DNA of 30,503 bases from an uncultured virus (IMG/VR IMGVR_UViG_3300005356_000004) (lineage: Duplodnaviria; Heunggongvirae; Uroviricota; Caudoviricetes): the IMG/VR virus record IMGVR_UViG_3300005356_000004. One strand, 5' to 3'. Of the stretch, positions 1-7,826 are shown piece by piece. The number at the start of each line of letters is the position of its first letter. Positions within the stretch are counted from its first letter, which is position 1. Position numbers and translations under genes: made by a program. The notes under the pieces were generated by a model. It was not told the origin of the DNA, searched no databases, and worked only from the letters and a program-made list of their open reading frames with translations.

Positions 1-301
1 CCAGGCATCCTTCATCGAGATGCTGTGCGGCGGCGCCTTCTTCCTGGGCTACCCGGACCGCTGGTTCGAGGAGCCCGGACCGTACTTCCGCTGCACCAAG
101 GGCCACGTGTCACACCGTGTTCTGTTGACAGAGCACGGTGACCGGTGCCTGGCTGCCCATTGCTACAAGCAACTCATGATCACCTTTCCCGAGGACGTAG
201 AGGAGTACGTGCCGTGGGAGCACCTGAGCGCCCAGGATCGCTGCCGCCTGCTGGCTGCCCTGGAAGGCCGATACCCTGGCGCCGAGTTGGAATCCGAGTA
301 A
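1..301 (+). CDS. Hypothetical protein, 5'-truncated
   Basis: Frame of ORF 20..301 stays open to the window edge; GC3-biased codons. Confidence 0.6.
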   Translation, partial: QASFIEMLCGGAFFLGYPDRWFEEPGPYFRCTKGHVSHRVLLTEHGDRCLAAHCYKQLMITFPEDVEEYVPWEHLSAQDRCRLLAALEGRYPGAELESE

Positions 302-315
302 AGGTACGGTATCAT
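287..315 (+). promoter_or_regulatory. SigA-type promoter, leaderless
   Basis: TTGGAA-17-TATCAT with ATG 6 nt downstream at 322. Confidence 0.55.
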
Positions 316-321
316 AAAGAG

Positions 322-579
322 ATGCGAGCCATCCTGGGCATCGACCCACCCGACGACGACTTCGATCACTGGACAGTCTCCAGCGATCTGCGGAAGCCCG
401 GCTCTGGCTTCAGTGACGATGCAAACTACGAGGCGCAAGACACGTTCAAGTCGCAGTTCCCCGACGTAGAGTTCGACTGCGAGGAGTCCTGCTTCTTCGC
501 CTACTCCAAAGATGCCGAGACCGCTCAGCGTCTTGTTGACACCCTCACAGCATGGGTCGAGAAGAGAGAAGCCCAGTAA
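322..579 (+). CDS. Hypothetical acidic protein (85 aa)
   Basis: MRAILGIDPP...; start placed at the promoter-proximal ATG. Confidence 0.7.
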   Translation: MRAILGIDPPDDDFDHWTVSSDLRKPGSGFSDDANYEAQDTFKSQFPDVEFDCEESCFFAYSKDAETAQRLVDTLTAWVEKREAQ

Positions 580-785
580 TGCCGCCCGTGATTCCCACCG
601 CCCCCTACTCGGAGTGGACTGTTGACACACCACTGCACGAGTTGATCTACGAGGCGCTCGGTGCCGCTTCGATGTGCTGGGAGCATCCCGAGCGGGCCGG
701 GATCTTCGACGCCGAGCAGGCCAACGCCATCGGTGAAGCAGTCATGACGATCCTGCGCGCCAAGCAGATCGGCTTGTCGTCATGA
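579..785 (+). CDS. Hypothetical phage protein
   Basis: TAATG coupling; EALGAASMCWE motif. Confidence 0.7.
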   Translation: MPPVIPTAPYSEWTVDTPLHELIYEALGAASMCWEHPERAGIFDAEQANAIGEAVMTILRAKQIGLSS

Positions 786-1063
786 GCAAGAAGGATGACG
801 AGGCCTTCGCGAAGTGGGTCGAGGAGCAGGTCGTCAAGCCGATGTCAGACTCCAAGATGGTCATCGGCATCTACACCGGCAAGGTCGACGTGAAGTTGGC
901 CGTCGAGTTGGGAGCCTCCCTACTGCTCGACAAGCCGATCATCCTCTGCGTGACCCCCGGCACTGTTGTATCCGACAACCTCGTGCGAGTGGCAAAGCAC
1001 ATCATCGAGATGACAGACGGCTGGGAGAAGCGGCTGCCCGACATCTTGGGGGAGATCCTGTGA
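782..1063 (+). CDS. Hypothetical protein, weak nucleoside 2-deoxyribosyltransferase-like motif
   Basis: ATGA overlap; VELGASLLLDKPII resembles the E-x-G...KP motif of that fold. Confidence 0.6.
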   Translation: MSKKDDEAFAKWVEEQVVKPMSDSKMVIGIYTGKVDVKLAVELGASLLLDKPIILCVTPGTVVSDNLVRVAKHIIEMTDGWEKRLPDILGEIL

Positions 1064-1212
1064 GGAACGAGATCCGGCGCGCTACCCACAAGGCCGAGAT
1101 CCGACTGTCGTGGGATGGCCTCACCGAGTGGCACGAACTGGACGCTGCTGTACGCAACAAGGCGAGGGACCTGATGGATGAACTGTGTGACCTACTGGCG
1201 GCGCAGCCATGA
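1060..1212 (+). CDS. Hypothetical protein (50 aa)
   Basis: GTGA overlap with upstream stop; GGGGGAG RBS. Confidence 0.55.
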   Translation: MRNEIRRATHKAEIRLSWDGLTEWHELDAAVRNKARDLMDELCDLLAAQP

Positions 1213-1341
1213 CCTCCGGGGGAGACGATCGGCCCGTAGTCGGAGAGGCGGATCGCAACCGCCCTACCGCTGTGGGGAACGACAGCCGCAAGCCGACCGC
1301 TCTCCGGTACACCCGGAATGCCCAACCCGATAGGAGACCTC

Positions 1342-1476
1342 ATGAAGAAGCGTCTGTGTGCTGCACTCAGCATCCTGGCCCTGACTGCCGCCTGCGTCGT
1401 CGGTACTGCCGAGGGCGCCAGCGCCACCCGCAACCCGAAGCCATGGTGCCACCCGTGCAAGGGGATCACCCCGTAG
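1342..1476 (+). CDS. Small secreted peptide (44 aa, signal peptide plus CxxC peptide)
   Basis: AGGAGA RBS; MKKRLCAALSILALTAACVVGTAEGASA|TRNPKPWCHPCKGITP; not in the ORF track. Confidence 0.7.
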   Translation: MKKRLCAALSILALTAACVVGTAEGASATRNPKPWCHPCKGITP

Positions 1477-1509
1477 CACGTCAATGTCAATGACTACAAA
1501 TGTGGATAA

Positions 1510-1537
1510 AGCGGTTTCACCGCGGCGTGAGACCGCT
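1510..1537 (+). terminator. Hairpin, possible terminator
   Basis: AGCGGTTTCAC-cgcggc-GTGAGACCGCT downstream of the peptide gene. Confidence 0.4.
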
Positions 1538-1653
1538 CACACAGCGTGGCGGTTTGAGGGCCTGATATGGCTGGGTATGGTCGGCTGATGGGCACCATGG
1601 CATTGATAATAGCAACAATGCTGATCCTCCTCTGGACGTTCCGTTGACGTGAG

Positions 1654-1682
1654 ATGACAAGGGTTCGGAACCCTGCTACACT
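1654..1682 (+). promoter_or_regulatory. Promoter with palindromic operator in the spacer
   Basis: ATGACA-17-TACACT with TG extension; GGGTTCGGAACCC at 1661-1673; ATG 7 nt downstream. Confidence 0.75.
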
Positions 1683-1689
1683 TCCGGGC

Positions 1690-2208
1690 ATGCCGCTCCC
1701 CACCGTGCTCGAACTGAAGCACTTCTACGACGCCCGCCAGCAGATCGAGCAGCACCTACTCGACCCAACGCTGATCAGTGACATCGCCGCTGCGTACAAC
1801 GACCGCCATGCTCGGACCCACCTCGCCCTGTACGGGAAGCCCGCCAACCTCTCCGAAAGGTTCCCGAAGACCCGCGGCAGGAACGACTTCTGCGAGCCCG
1901 AGGTGGTCATCAGCGGGGACGGCGTCTACTGGAGCGTCGAGGACTACGAGCGTGACTCGTGGGAGATGTGGGTCGGCTACGAGGAGTGGCCGTTCGATCC
2001 CGAGGCCTACAAGGCCCGGACCGATGTGCTGGTAGCGGAAGCAGAAGAGAAGCACAAGGCAGTCCAGGCCGAGATGAAGCGCCAGGAGGCCGAGGACAAG
2101 CGCCAGCGCAAGGCGACCGAGGAGATGAAGGAGCGGGCCGAGTACGAGCGCCTGAAGGCCAAGTACGGCGCCACCGAGCCCGCATGGCCCTGGGAACCCC
2201 AGCGATGA
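1690..2208 (+). CDS. Hypothetical protein with C-terminal coiled coil
   Basis: Leaderless ATG 1690; E/K/R-rich helix ending ERAEYERLKAKYG. Confidence 0.75.
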   Translation: MPLPTVLELKHFYDARQQIEQHLLDPTLISDIAAAYNDRHARTHLALYGKPANLSERFPKTRGRNDFCEPEVVISGDGVYWSVEDYERDSWEMWVGYEEWPFDPEAYKARTDVLVAEAEEKHKAVQAEMKRQEAEDKRQRKATEEMKERAEYERLKAKYGATEPAWPWEPQR

Positions 2209-2399
2209 ACGTCACCCTGGTCGTCTCAACACCGGAGCATCCCGAACCGTTCACCCAGACCTTCGACCACGTGGAGTCGGTCCGCTGGATCAGCGACAGC
2301 ACAATGCTCGACATGGATCCCGGGCTCCAAGTCCGGCTGCCCGGTGCGGTCCACCGCTTCAGCCTCGACGTCGTGCTCGATCTGCTGGTGACATCATGA
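2205..2399 (+). CDS. Hypothetical protein
   Basis: ATGA overlaps on both sides. Confidence 0.65.
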   Translation: MNVTLVVSTPEHPEPFTQTFDHVESVRWISDSTMLDMDPGLQVRLPGAVHRFSLDVVLDLLVTS

Positions 2400-2620
2400 G
2401 TTTCTGGCCCACTGACTGGCGCGGTGCCTTGGCCATCATTCTCGGCATCGGCATTGTTGTATCTATCAACATTCTGGCTGCTGGCGTTGTTCTTGTTGCT
2501 GCTACCAGCCATGATCTCCGTCTGGTGCCCCTCGGATTCGCCGCCTTCCTGGCCGGGTTGTTCCTGGGCGCCCTCACCACCTACTTCGTCACCCACCGAG
2601 GAAAGCCGGTCAACCTGTGA
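2396..2620 (+). CDS. Small two-TM membrane protein
   Basis: Two hydrophobic stretches; ATGA overlap. Confidence 0.65.
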   Translation: MSFWPTDWRGALAIILGIGIVVSINILAAGVVLVAATSHDLRLVPLGFAAFLAGLFLGALTTYFVTHRGKPVNL

Positions 2621-2958
2621 GCAAGGACCAGAACAGGATCCAGCGCTCGATCGAGCGCCTGGTCGAGAACCACATGGCCGAGCACGGCGTCACCGCGGCG
2701 TACCAAATGCCTCCGTTTCCGGAACCACTGTGCACCTTCGTCAACCCGCTGTGCCCGGAAGACCTGTGCTACCTGCCCTACGACCACGTGGGCAGCAAGT
2801 GGGGCTACCACGTCCTGGGGACGACCAACTACTCCTACGCCGAGAAGTTCGACACCAAGAAGTTCCCCTCGCTGATGCCCGCGGGCACCGAGCGGAAGAA
2901 GTTGATCAGCGTGGGCTGGAAGATCCAGCGTGAGTGGTTCCCGGGACAGGTGCACTGA
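2617..2958 (+). CDS. Hypothetical protein
   Basis: GTGA overlap; codon bias. Confidence 0.65.
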   Translation: MSKDQNRIQRSIERLVENHMAEHGVTAAYQMPPFPEPLCTFVNPLCPEDLCYLPYDHVGSKWGYHVLGTTNYSYAEKFDTKKFPSLMPAGTERKKLISVGWKIQREWFPGQVH

Positions 2959-3320
2959 TGAGGTGGCGCATCACCCTCCGCAGCGACCCGCCGCAGCAGG
3001 TCGAACTCCGTGGTTTCCTTGATGTGGAACCAGACGAGTGGGAGGACCGCATCGCCGCCCTAGCCGAGGCCCTGGAACCTCTTGGCATCCTGGTCATCGG
3101 GTCACCTACTGATGCTGACTACAATCCATTCAACTTCTGGGACCAGCCCCGCACCGTGCTAGAGATCCAGAACATCGCCACACCGACGGAGCGCAACTCC
3201 TCCGGGCTCTCCCTCTGCGCTCACTGTGGCCGTACCGTCGCCTATGTCCCTGACATCAAGACCACTGACATCCCCCATTGGGTCCACGTCGATAACCAGC
3301 GAGAGGCCTGCCGTGGCTGA
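2958..3320 (+). CDS. Hypothetical protein with CxxC...WxH...C motif
   Basis: TGATG coupling; CAHCG...WVH. Confidence 0.6.
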   Translation: MRWRITLRSDPPQQVELRGFLDVEPDEWEDRIAALAEALEPLGILVIGSPTDADYNPFNFWDQPRTVLEIQNIATPTERNSSGLSLCAHCGRTVAYVPDIKTTDIPHWVHVDNQREACRG

Positions 3321-3338
3321 TATGAAACGGTACCGTAG

Positions 3339-3383
3339 TTGACAGACCACTCTCCGTCCCTCTAGTCTTCGGGTACCGAAGCC
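3339..3383 (+). promoter_or_regulatory. SigA-type promoter with operator variant at the start site
   Basis: TTGACA-18-TAGTCT, then GGGTACCGAAGCC at 3371-3383. Confidence 0.65.
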
Positions 3384-3401
3384 TGAACGGGGAGGGGTCC
3401 A

Positions 3402-3845
3402 TTGAGGAAAGTCCTATTCGTCCTTGCCGCGTCCTTGGCGGTGTTGTTCATGGCAGCACCGAGCCAAGCGTCCACCGTGGGAGCGATGCCGAAGGCATCC
3501 ATTGGTGTGTGGGTCAACAACACCCGCTGTGGGTGGCTGACATCATCCCGCCAGGTCTGCACGCAGACCGGCGCCCGTCTCATCAACTCCGAGGGCGACA
3601 TCGACTGGCGTGTCATCGGCATGAACTACCCAGCAGGCTCGACGGTGTGGCTGGAAGCACACATCTACTCGGCCTCGAACATGGCCCTGGTAGGCCACTA
3701 CCGGACCAGCCGCTACGTCTCCTACTCCGGGCAGAGCGTCTCGATCGGCGGGTTCTGGGACTGCTCCTACGCCGTGACCGTCGTCGGGCATACCTGGAAG
3801 GCCTATAGCAACGTGCAACCGTCATCACAAGTCTGGATCCCGTGA
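3402..3845 (+). CDS. Secreted protein
   Basis: GGAGG RBS, TTG start, Sec signal MRKVLFVLAASLAVLFMAAPSQA. Confidence 0.7.
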   Translation: MRKVLFVLAASLAVLFMAAPSQASTVGAMPKASIGVWVNNTRCGWLTSSRQVCTQTGARLINSEGDIDWRVIGMNYPAGSTVWLEAHIYSASNMALVGHYRTSRYVSYSGQSVSIGGFWDCSYAVTVVGHTWKAYSNVQPSSQVWIP

Positions 3846-4051
3846 TGGACACTTCCATTACCAAGGACCTCCACGCTGCGCTGGCAGGCGCCGTCCTCCT
3901 GCGGGACGACTACGTCAGCACGGAAGACGGCGAGGCCCGAGCGATCATCCTGGAGACCATCAACGCCCTCAACCGGCTCCTGACCGAACTGGGGGTCGCC
4001 AACCCCGAGGGCATGCCTCGGATCGTCGGCCGGGAACTCTCCTGGGAGTAG
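3845..4051 (+). CDS. Hypothetical protein
   Basis: TGATG coupling. Confidence 0.6.
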   Translation: MDTSITKDLHAALAGAVLLRDDYVSTEDGEARAIILETINALNRLLTELGVANPEGMPRIVGRELSWE

Positions 4052-4073
4052 TGGCAACAACCAGGAGGCAAGG

Positions 4074-4100
4074 AGCCGCCCTTCGGGCGGCTTTCTTGTT
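4074..4100 (+). terminator. Intrinsic terminator
   Basis: AGCCGCCC-ttc-GGGCGGCT followed by TTCTTGTT. Confidence 0.75.
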
Positions 4101-4120
4101 GTTCCGAACCCTGCTACACT
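4101..4120 (+). promoter_or_regulatory. Extended -10 promoter with operator
   Basis: GTTCCGAACCC-TGC-TACACT; ATG 7 nt downstream. Confidence 0.7.
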
Positions 4121-4127
4121 TGTCGCC

Positions 4128-4463
4128 ATGCCTGGAGCGTACGTCCTGCACCTCAACGAGCACCTCGATCTCGACACGACCACCATGGTCTGCCGGACCT
4201 GCCGCAAGTCCAAGAACGTGCAGGCCTTCCCCACCGTCACCAACGCTGGAGGGCACTCCCAGGACCCCACCGACCACCGCTGGCACCGCGGCACCGAGTG
4301 CCGGGACTGCCAGGCCGAGCGGCGCCAGAAGCCTCACCAGGTCACCGCTGATGATCTCATCAGCGAGGCCCGCACGGTCATCCAGTACGACGGTGATGAC
4401 AACTACATCGGCGGTCAGGTGCTGGCCACCCTCGTCCTCGCCTTCTTCAAGGTGGAGTCGTGA
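4128..4463 (+). CDS. Zn-finger-like protein (CxxC...CxxC)
   Basis: CRTC...F...ECRDC, like the N-terminal Zn module of phage endonucleases. Confidence 0.65.
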   Translation: MPGAYVLHLNEHLDLDTTTMVCRTCRKSKNVQAFPTVTNAGGHSQDPTDHRWHRGTECRDCQAERRQKPHQVTADDLISEARTVIQYDGDDNYIGGQVLATLVLAFFKVES

Positions 4464-4615
4464 AGCGCATCCGTGTCACCGGCTACATGGACATCGAGGA
4501 CCACGACTACGACCCCGGCCCCAACGGTCCCCTCACCGAGGGCTACTGGAAGGCCTTCATGCAGTCCAACGTCTATCTTGACGACGTCGAGATGGAACTG
4601 GTGGAAGATGACTGA
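4460..4615 (+). CDS. Hypothetical protein (51 aa)
   Basis: GTGA overlap; MKRIRVTGYMDIED...; not in the ORF track. Confidence 0.6.
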   Translation: MKRIRVTGYMDIEDHDYDPGPNGPLTEGYWKAFMQSNVYLDDVEMELVEDD

Positions 4616-4811
4616 CGCAACCGGCCACTGCGAGCGGGGCGAGCACGAGCGTTGCGACGGCACCCTGCTGACGGCAACAGGCTGGCACTGGTGGTGCGCC
4701 TGCCCCTGCCATCCCGTGCCCACTCCCGCACCTGGTACTCCTCCTCTCGATGTCCGCAAGGCCATGACCATCTGGCGCGCTGCCAACGAAGCCAACAAGG
4801 GGATCAAGTGA
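4608..4811 (+). CDS. Cys/His-rich small protein
   Basis: C..G.H..C...CACPCH motif. Confidence 0.6.
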   Translation: MTDATGHCERGEHERCDGTLLTATGWHWWCACPCHPVPTPAPGTPPLDVRKAMTIWRAANEANKGIK

Positions 4812-4978
4812 TCTACGTCTACGTCCAAGACGACGGCCGGGTCACCACCAGCCACAGTTGTGACTACAAGGGCTACAACCTCCTGGAGTGCCTGCACGAC
4901 ATCGAAGAGGAAGAGCGGCGTGTCCTCCGCTGGTCGTTCGGCATCCTGAACGGCCAAGTCCACCTGGAGGCAGAGTGA
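4808..4978 (+). CDS. Hypothetical protein
   Basis: GTGA overlaps. Confidence 0.55.
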   Translation: MIYVYVQDDGRVTTSHSCDYKGYNLLECLHDIEEEERRVLRWSFGILNGQVHLEAE

Positions 4979-5439
4979 AGCCGCTCCATCAAGAGGTCAC
5001 CGTCACCCTCACCGTGGCCGAGGTGATCTCCATCGCCCGCACGGTCCGCAACCGTCTCCGCAAGGAGGAGCGGCGCCTTGCCAAGTCAACATTCGTCCCG
5101 GCCGATGGCAATGGCAATGCCCAGGAGCGCATGGTCGAGACCCTCCACCGCCGCCTGGTGCACCTCCTGGAGTCTGTTGACATGACACCGGCCGACCTGG
5201 AGGACGGCGGCAAGCCCAAGCGCCGCCCTGTCGTCAGTACAGAGCATCCCGACTACACACCACGGGTCGTCACCTGGAACACCGACCTGACCGCAGCCGC
5301 CGTCCGCAACCTCAACGAGGTGCTGGAGCGTGATGTCAACACCTGCCCGGTCTGTCACGGCAAGGGCGTCACCCCTGACGGCTACCAGTTCCGCTCGCCC
5401 CACGAGTGCCGTACCTGCTACGGCACCGGGAAGATCTGA
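4975..5439 (+). CDS. Hypothetical protein with C-terminal DnaJ-type CxxCxGxG Zn finger
   Basis: CPVCHGKG...CRTCYGTG; GGAGG RBS before GTG 4975. Confidence 0.7.
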   Translation: MKPLHQEVTVTLTVAEVISIARTVRNRLRKEERRLAKSTFVPADGNGNAQERMVETLHRRLVHLLESVDMTPADLEDGGKPKRRPVVSTEHPDYTPRVVTWNTDLTAAAVRNLNEVLERDVNTCPVCHGKGVTPDGYQFRSPHECRTCYGTGKI

Positions 5440-5675
5440 TGGCACAACGGATCTGCCTCGCCTCCCGCCACAACGGCACGCCCGTCTTCACAGGACCTCA
5501 CCTCCCGCATCTCTTCACCTACGGCCGCTACGACTACGTCGGCTCCTGCGCCGGGTTCATCGGGCCGGTGCTCGGCTGCGAGTGGTGGCGCTGGGACGGC
5601 TGCCGCACCCAGACCGACAGGTGCGAGTGGCCCTACTGCCCGGGTCGATCTGACAAGGGTTCCGAACCCTGCTAA
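5439..5675 (+). CDS. Cys-rich hypothetical protein
   Basis: TGATG coupling; 3' end runs into the next promoter. Confidence 0.55.
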   Translation: MAQRICLASRHNGTPVFTGPHLPHLFTYGRYDYVGSCAGFIGPVLGCEWWRWDGCRTQTDRCEWPYCPGRSDKGSEPC

Positions 5676-5678
5676 ACT
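5650..5678 (+). promoter_or_regulatory. Promoter with operator in the spacer
   Basis: CTGACA-17-TAAACT with TG extension; GGGTTCCGAACCC at 5657-5669; ATG 6 nt downstream. Confidence 0.75.
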
Positions 5679-5684
5679 GTCAGG

Positions 5685-6443
5685 ATGAACAAGGCGCTCC
5701 TGCTCCTCCCACTCATAGCCCTGGCTGCCTGTGAAAGCAGCGAGGCTGTGACATCTGACACAACCGTTCCTGCAACAACGGCGGCTCCCGTGACTGAGGT
5801 GACGACAACGCTGGCCAAGCCCGAATCCGTCACCCTCCCGGTGCCCACCGTCGCCACTGTCACCGTCATCAACGTGATCGACGGCGACACCGTCGACCTC
5901 TCAACGGGAGAGCGTGTCCGCATCATCGGCATCGACACCCCCGAGGTGGGCGACTGCGGCGCTGATGTGGCAGCAGCCCGCCTGACCGAACTCGTCCTCA
6001 ACCAGCCTGTTGTCGTGACAGGCGGTGCACGGGACGACGTCGACCGCTACGGGCGCATCCTGCGCTATGTCGACACATCAGCCGGGGACGCCGGGCGCTA
6101 CCTGATCGGTGAGGGCTACGCCATCGCCCGCTACGACAGCCGCGACGGCTATGGCGGACATCCGAGGGAAGCCGACTACGTGGCCCTGGACGAGGCCACT
6201 CCGAACTACGAGTGCGCTCCGCCGACCACCCCGGCCCCTGTCGTCACAGCAGCGCCCCGTCCGGTCCCCACTCCGGCTCCTACCGCTGCACCGGCCCCTG
6301 TTGTGACACCGGCCCCTGCACCCAGTGTCTCCTACGCCAACTGCGACGCCGTTCGAGCGGCCGGAGCGGCCCCGATCCACATCGGAGACCCGGGCTACTC
6401 GACCAAACTCGACCGGGACCGGGACGGCATCGGCTGCGAGTAG
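5685..6443 (+). CDS. Lipoprotein with thermonuclease (SNase) domain and Excalibur Ca-binding domain
   Basis: Lipobox LAAC; VIDGDT, RIIGIDTPE, DRYGRILRYV; P/T linker; YANCDAVRAAGAAP...LDRDRDGIGCE. Confidence 0.92.
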   Translation: MNKALLLLPLIALAACESSEAVTSDTTVPATTAAPVTEVTTTLAKPESVTLPVPTVATVTVINVIDGDTVDLSTGERVRIIGIDTPEVGDCGADVAAARLTELVLNQPVVVTGGARDDVDRYGRILRYVDTSAGDAGRYLIGEGYAIARYDSRDGYGGHPREADYVALDEATPNYECAPPTTPAPVVTAAPRPVPTPAPTAAPAPVVTPAPAPSVSYANCDAVRAAGAAPIHIGDPGYSTKLDRDRDGIGCE

Positions 6444-6926
6444 CCCCAAGACCGCCTGAGACGCCGTACACCCACCTCCGGCCTCCCAGGACCCAGGACG
6501 GCCCTCCGGGGCCGTCCTGCGGCGTTCCAGGGGCGTTTCCGGGCCTGTGGAAGCCATACCTGGGCATAGCGAGGGGATGCGGATCTCCGTAGGTGGCACC
6601 GATGACAGGTTCGGGGTAAGTGATGTGGAACCAGGTGTGACATCTGGCCGGACCTGAGGAGGTATAGGGGGTCATATCCGAGGTGTCCCCGAAGTCCCCC
6701 CAGTACACCGAATACTCTGAAGTGTCCCCTGTGTCCCCTCCCGGTCGCTTTCCCACCTTCTTGTGTTGTGACAACAGGTGTGACAGGTGCAACATTGCTT
6801 CCACATCAGTGGTGGTGAGGACTCGGTGGCACTTTGCGCGAACTGTTGATACAGCAAGTGCTTACAAATCAGTGGAAATCTGTGAGATGTTAGCGGTGAC
6901 AAACACGTCTCCACACTCATGGATTA

Positions 6927-7112
6927 GCCCCCCGGTGGGGGGCTTTGCTCTGATAAAGGGCCGGGGGTCCGGCCCTTTATGTTGACAAATCACGGGTGCG
7001 CAGCGCCCGTATTTGTAGTCAAATCACGTGCCCGTGGCACGTGATTTGCTGCATGTAACATGCCCTGTGACCAGGGCATTTGCCTGTATGATGCGGCGCG
7101 CAGCACCGCATG
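6927..7112. repeat. Cluster of inverted repeats
   Basis: For example ATAAAGGGCCGG-gggt-CCGGCCCTTTAT (6953-6980), AAATCACGTGCC-cgt-GGCACGTGATTT (7021-7047), ATGCCCTG-tgac-CAGGGCAT (7060-7079). Confidence 0.8.
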
Positions 7113-7432
7113 CGTCGAGAGGGTGGGTAGGCTGCGTGTGGAGGTGTGGTGTGTGTTGTCAAACCACAGGGCTGGGGGTGCAGTGTGTTGTCAATCCACA
7201 CGCACGCCCACATGTACCCACGCACTGTACCCACGCACACCATGACTTGCTTACACACCACTCACTGTGCTATGGGCTGCTACTACTCAGTGCTGTCCTC
7301 TCAGGACATCACGGGGGCCGGGTCTTCCTGCGTCTGTTGTCTCAACAGGCCCGGATATGGCCCTGTATGGCTCTGTGTGGGGCTAGGGGGAGGGGTTGGC
7401 TAGGGTGATGGCGGAAGCACCTGTTGACGCAA

Positions 7433-7456
7433 CAGAGGCCCCCGTAGGGGCCTCTG
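7433..7456 (-). terminator. Hairpin terminator of the leftward operon
   Basis: CAGAGGCCCC-cgta-GGGGCCTCTG, 25 nt beyond the last leftward gene. Confidence 0.65.
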
Positions 7457-7481
7457 GTGACACATCATGTCTGACCTGCGG

Positions 7482-7826
7482 TTACAGGACGCTCAACTCG
7501 TCCCGGGCGAACAGGTACTCACGGGTCCAGATCCAGCGGTCGCCGTGCTCGATGCTGCACTGGGCGCCGAACCGCACCAGCGCCTGGTACTTCTCAGTGC
7601 GGGGGTACACCTCGGTCACCACGCCGACCTCGTTGGGCAGCCAGCGTGCCCAGTACGCCGCCTCTGTCACCAGCGTCAGGCGCTCGGCGTCGGTGTACGG
7701 CTTGCCCTTGCGCCGCCGATTGTCACCAGCAGCAGCGATGCGCTCCAGCGCTACCTCGAAGCCTGCGTCGGTGGCGAGTGGGCGCACCAGGGCGCCCACC
7801 CGCAGGGCCTTGCGCCTACCAGCCAT
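7482..7826 (-). CDS. Hypothetical protein
   Basis: Overlaps the helicase stop; 114 aa. Confidence 0.6.
   Translation of the reverse strand: MAGRRKALRVGALVRPLATDAGFEVALERIAAAGDNRRRKGKPYTDAERLTLVTEAAYWARWLPNEVGVVTEVYPRTEKYQALVRFGAQCSIEHGDRWIWTREYLFARDELSVL

Larger units (their letters stand above)
6444..7481. other. About 1 kb non-coding region at convergent transcription; candidate genome terminus or origin
   Basis: No credible ORF; GTGTCCCC repeats, clustered inverted repeats, GT- then CA-rich tracts. Confidence 0.55.

Noticed and set aside
1661..1673. LexA SOS box reading of GGGTTCGGAACCC
   Set aside because: The actinobacterial SOS box is TCGAAC-N4-GTTCGA; here the half-sites are in the opposite order with a 1-nt centre
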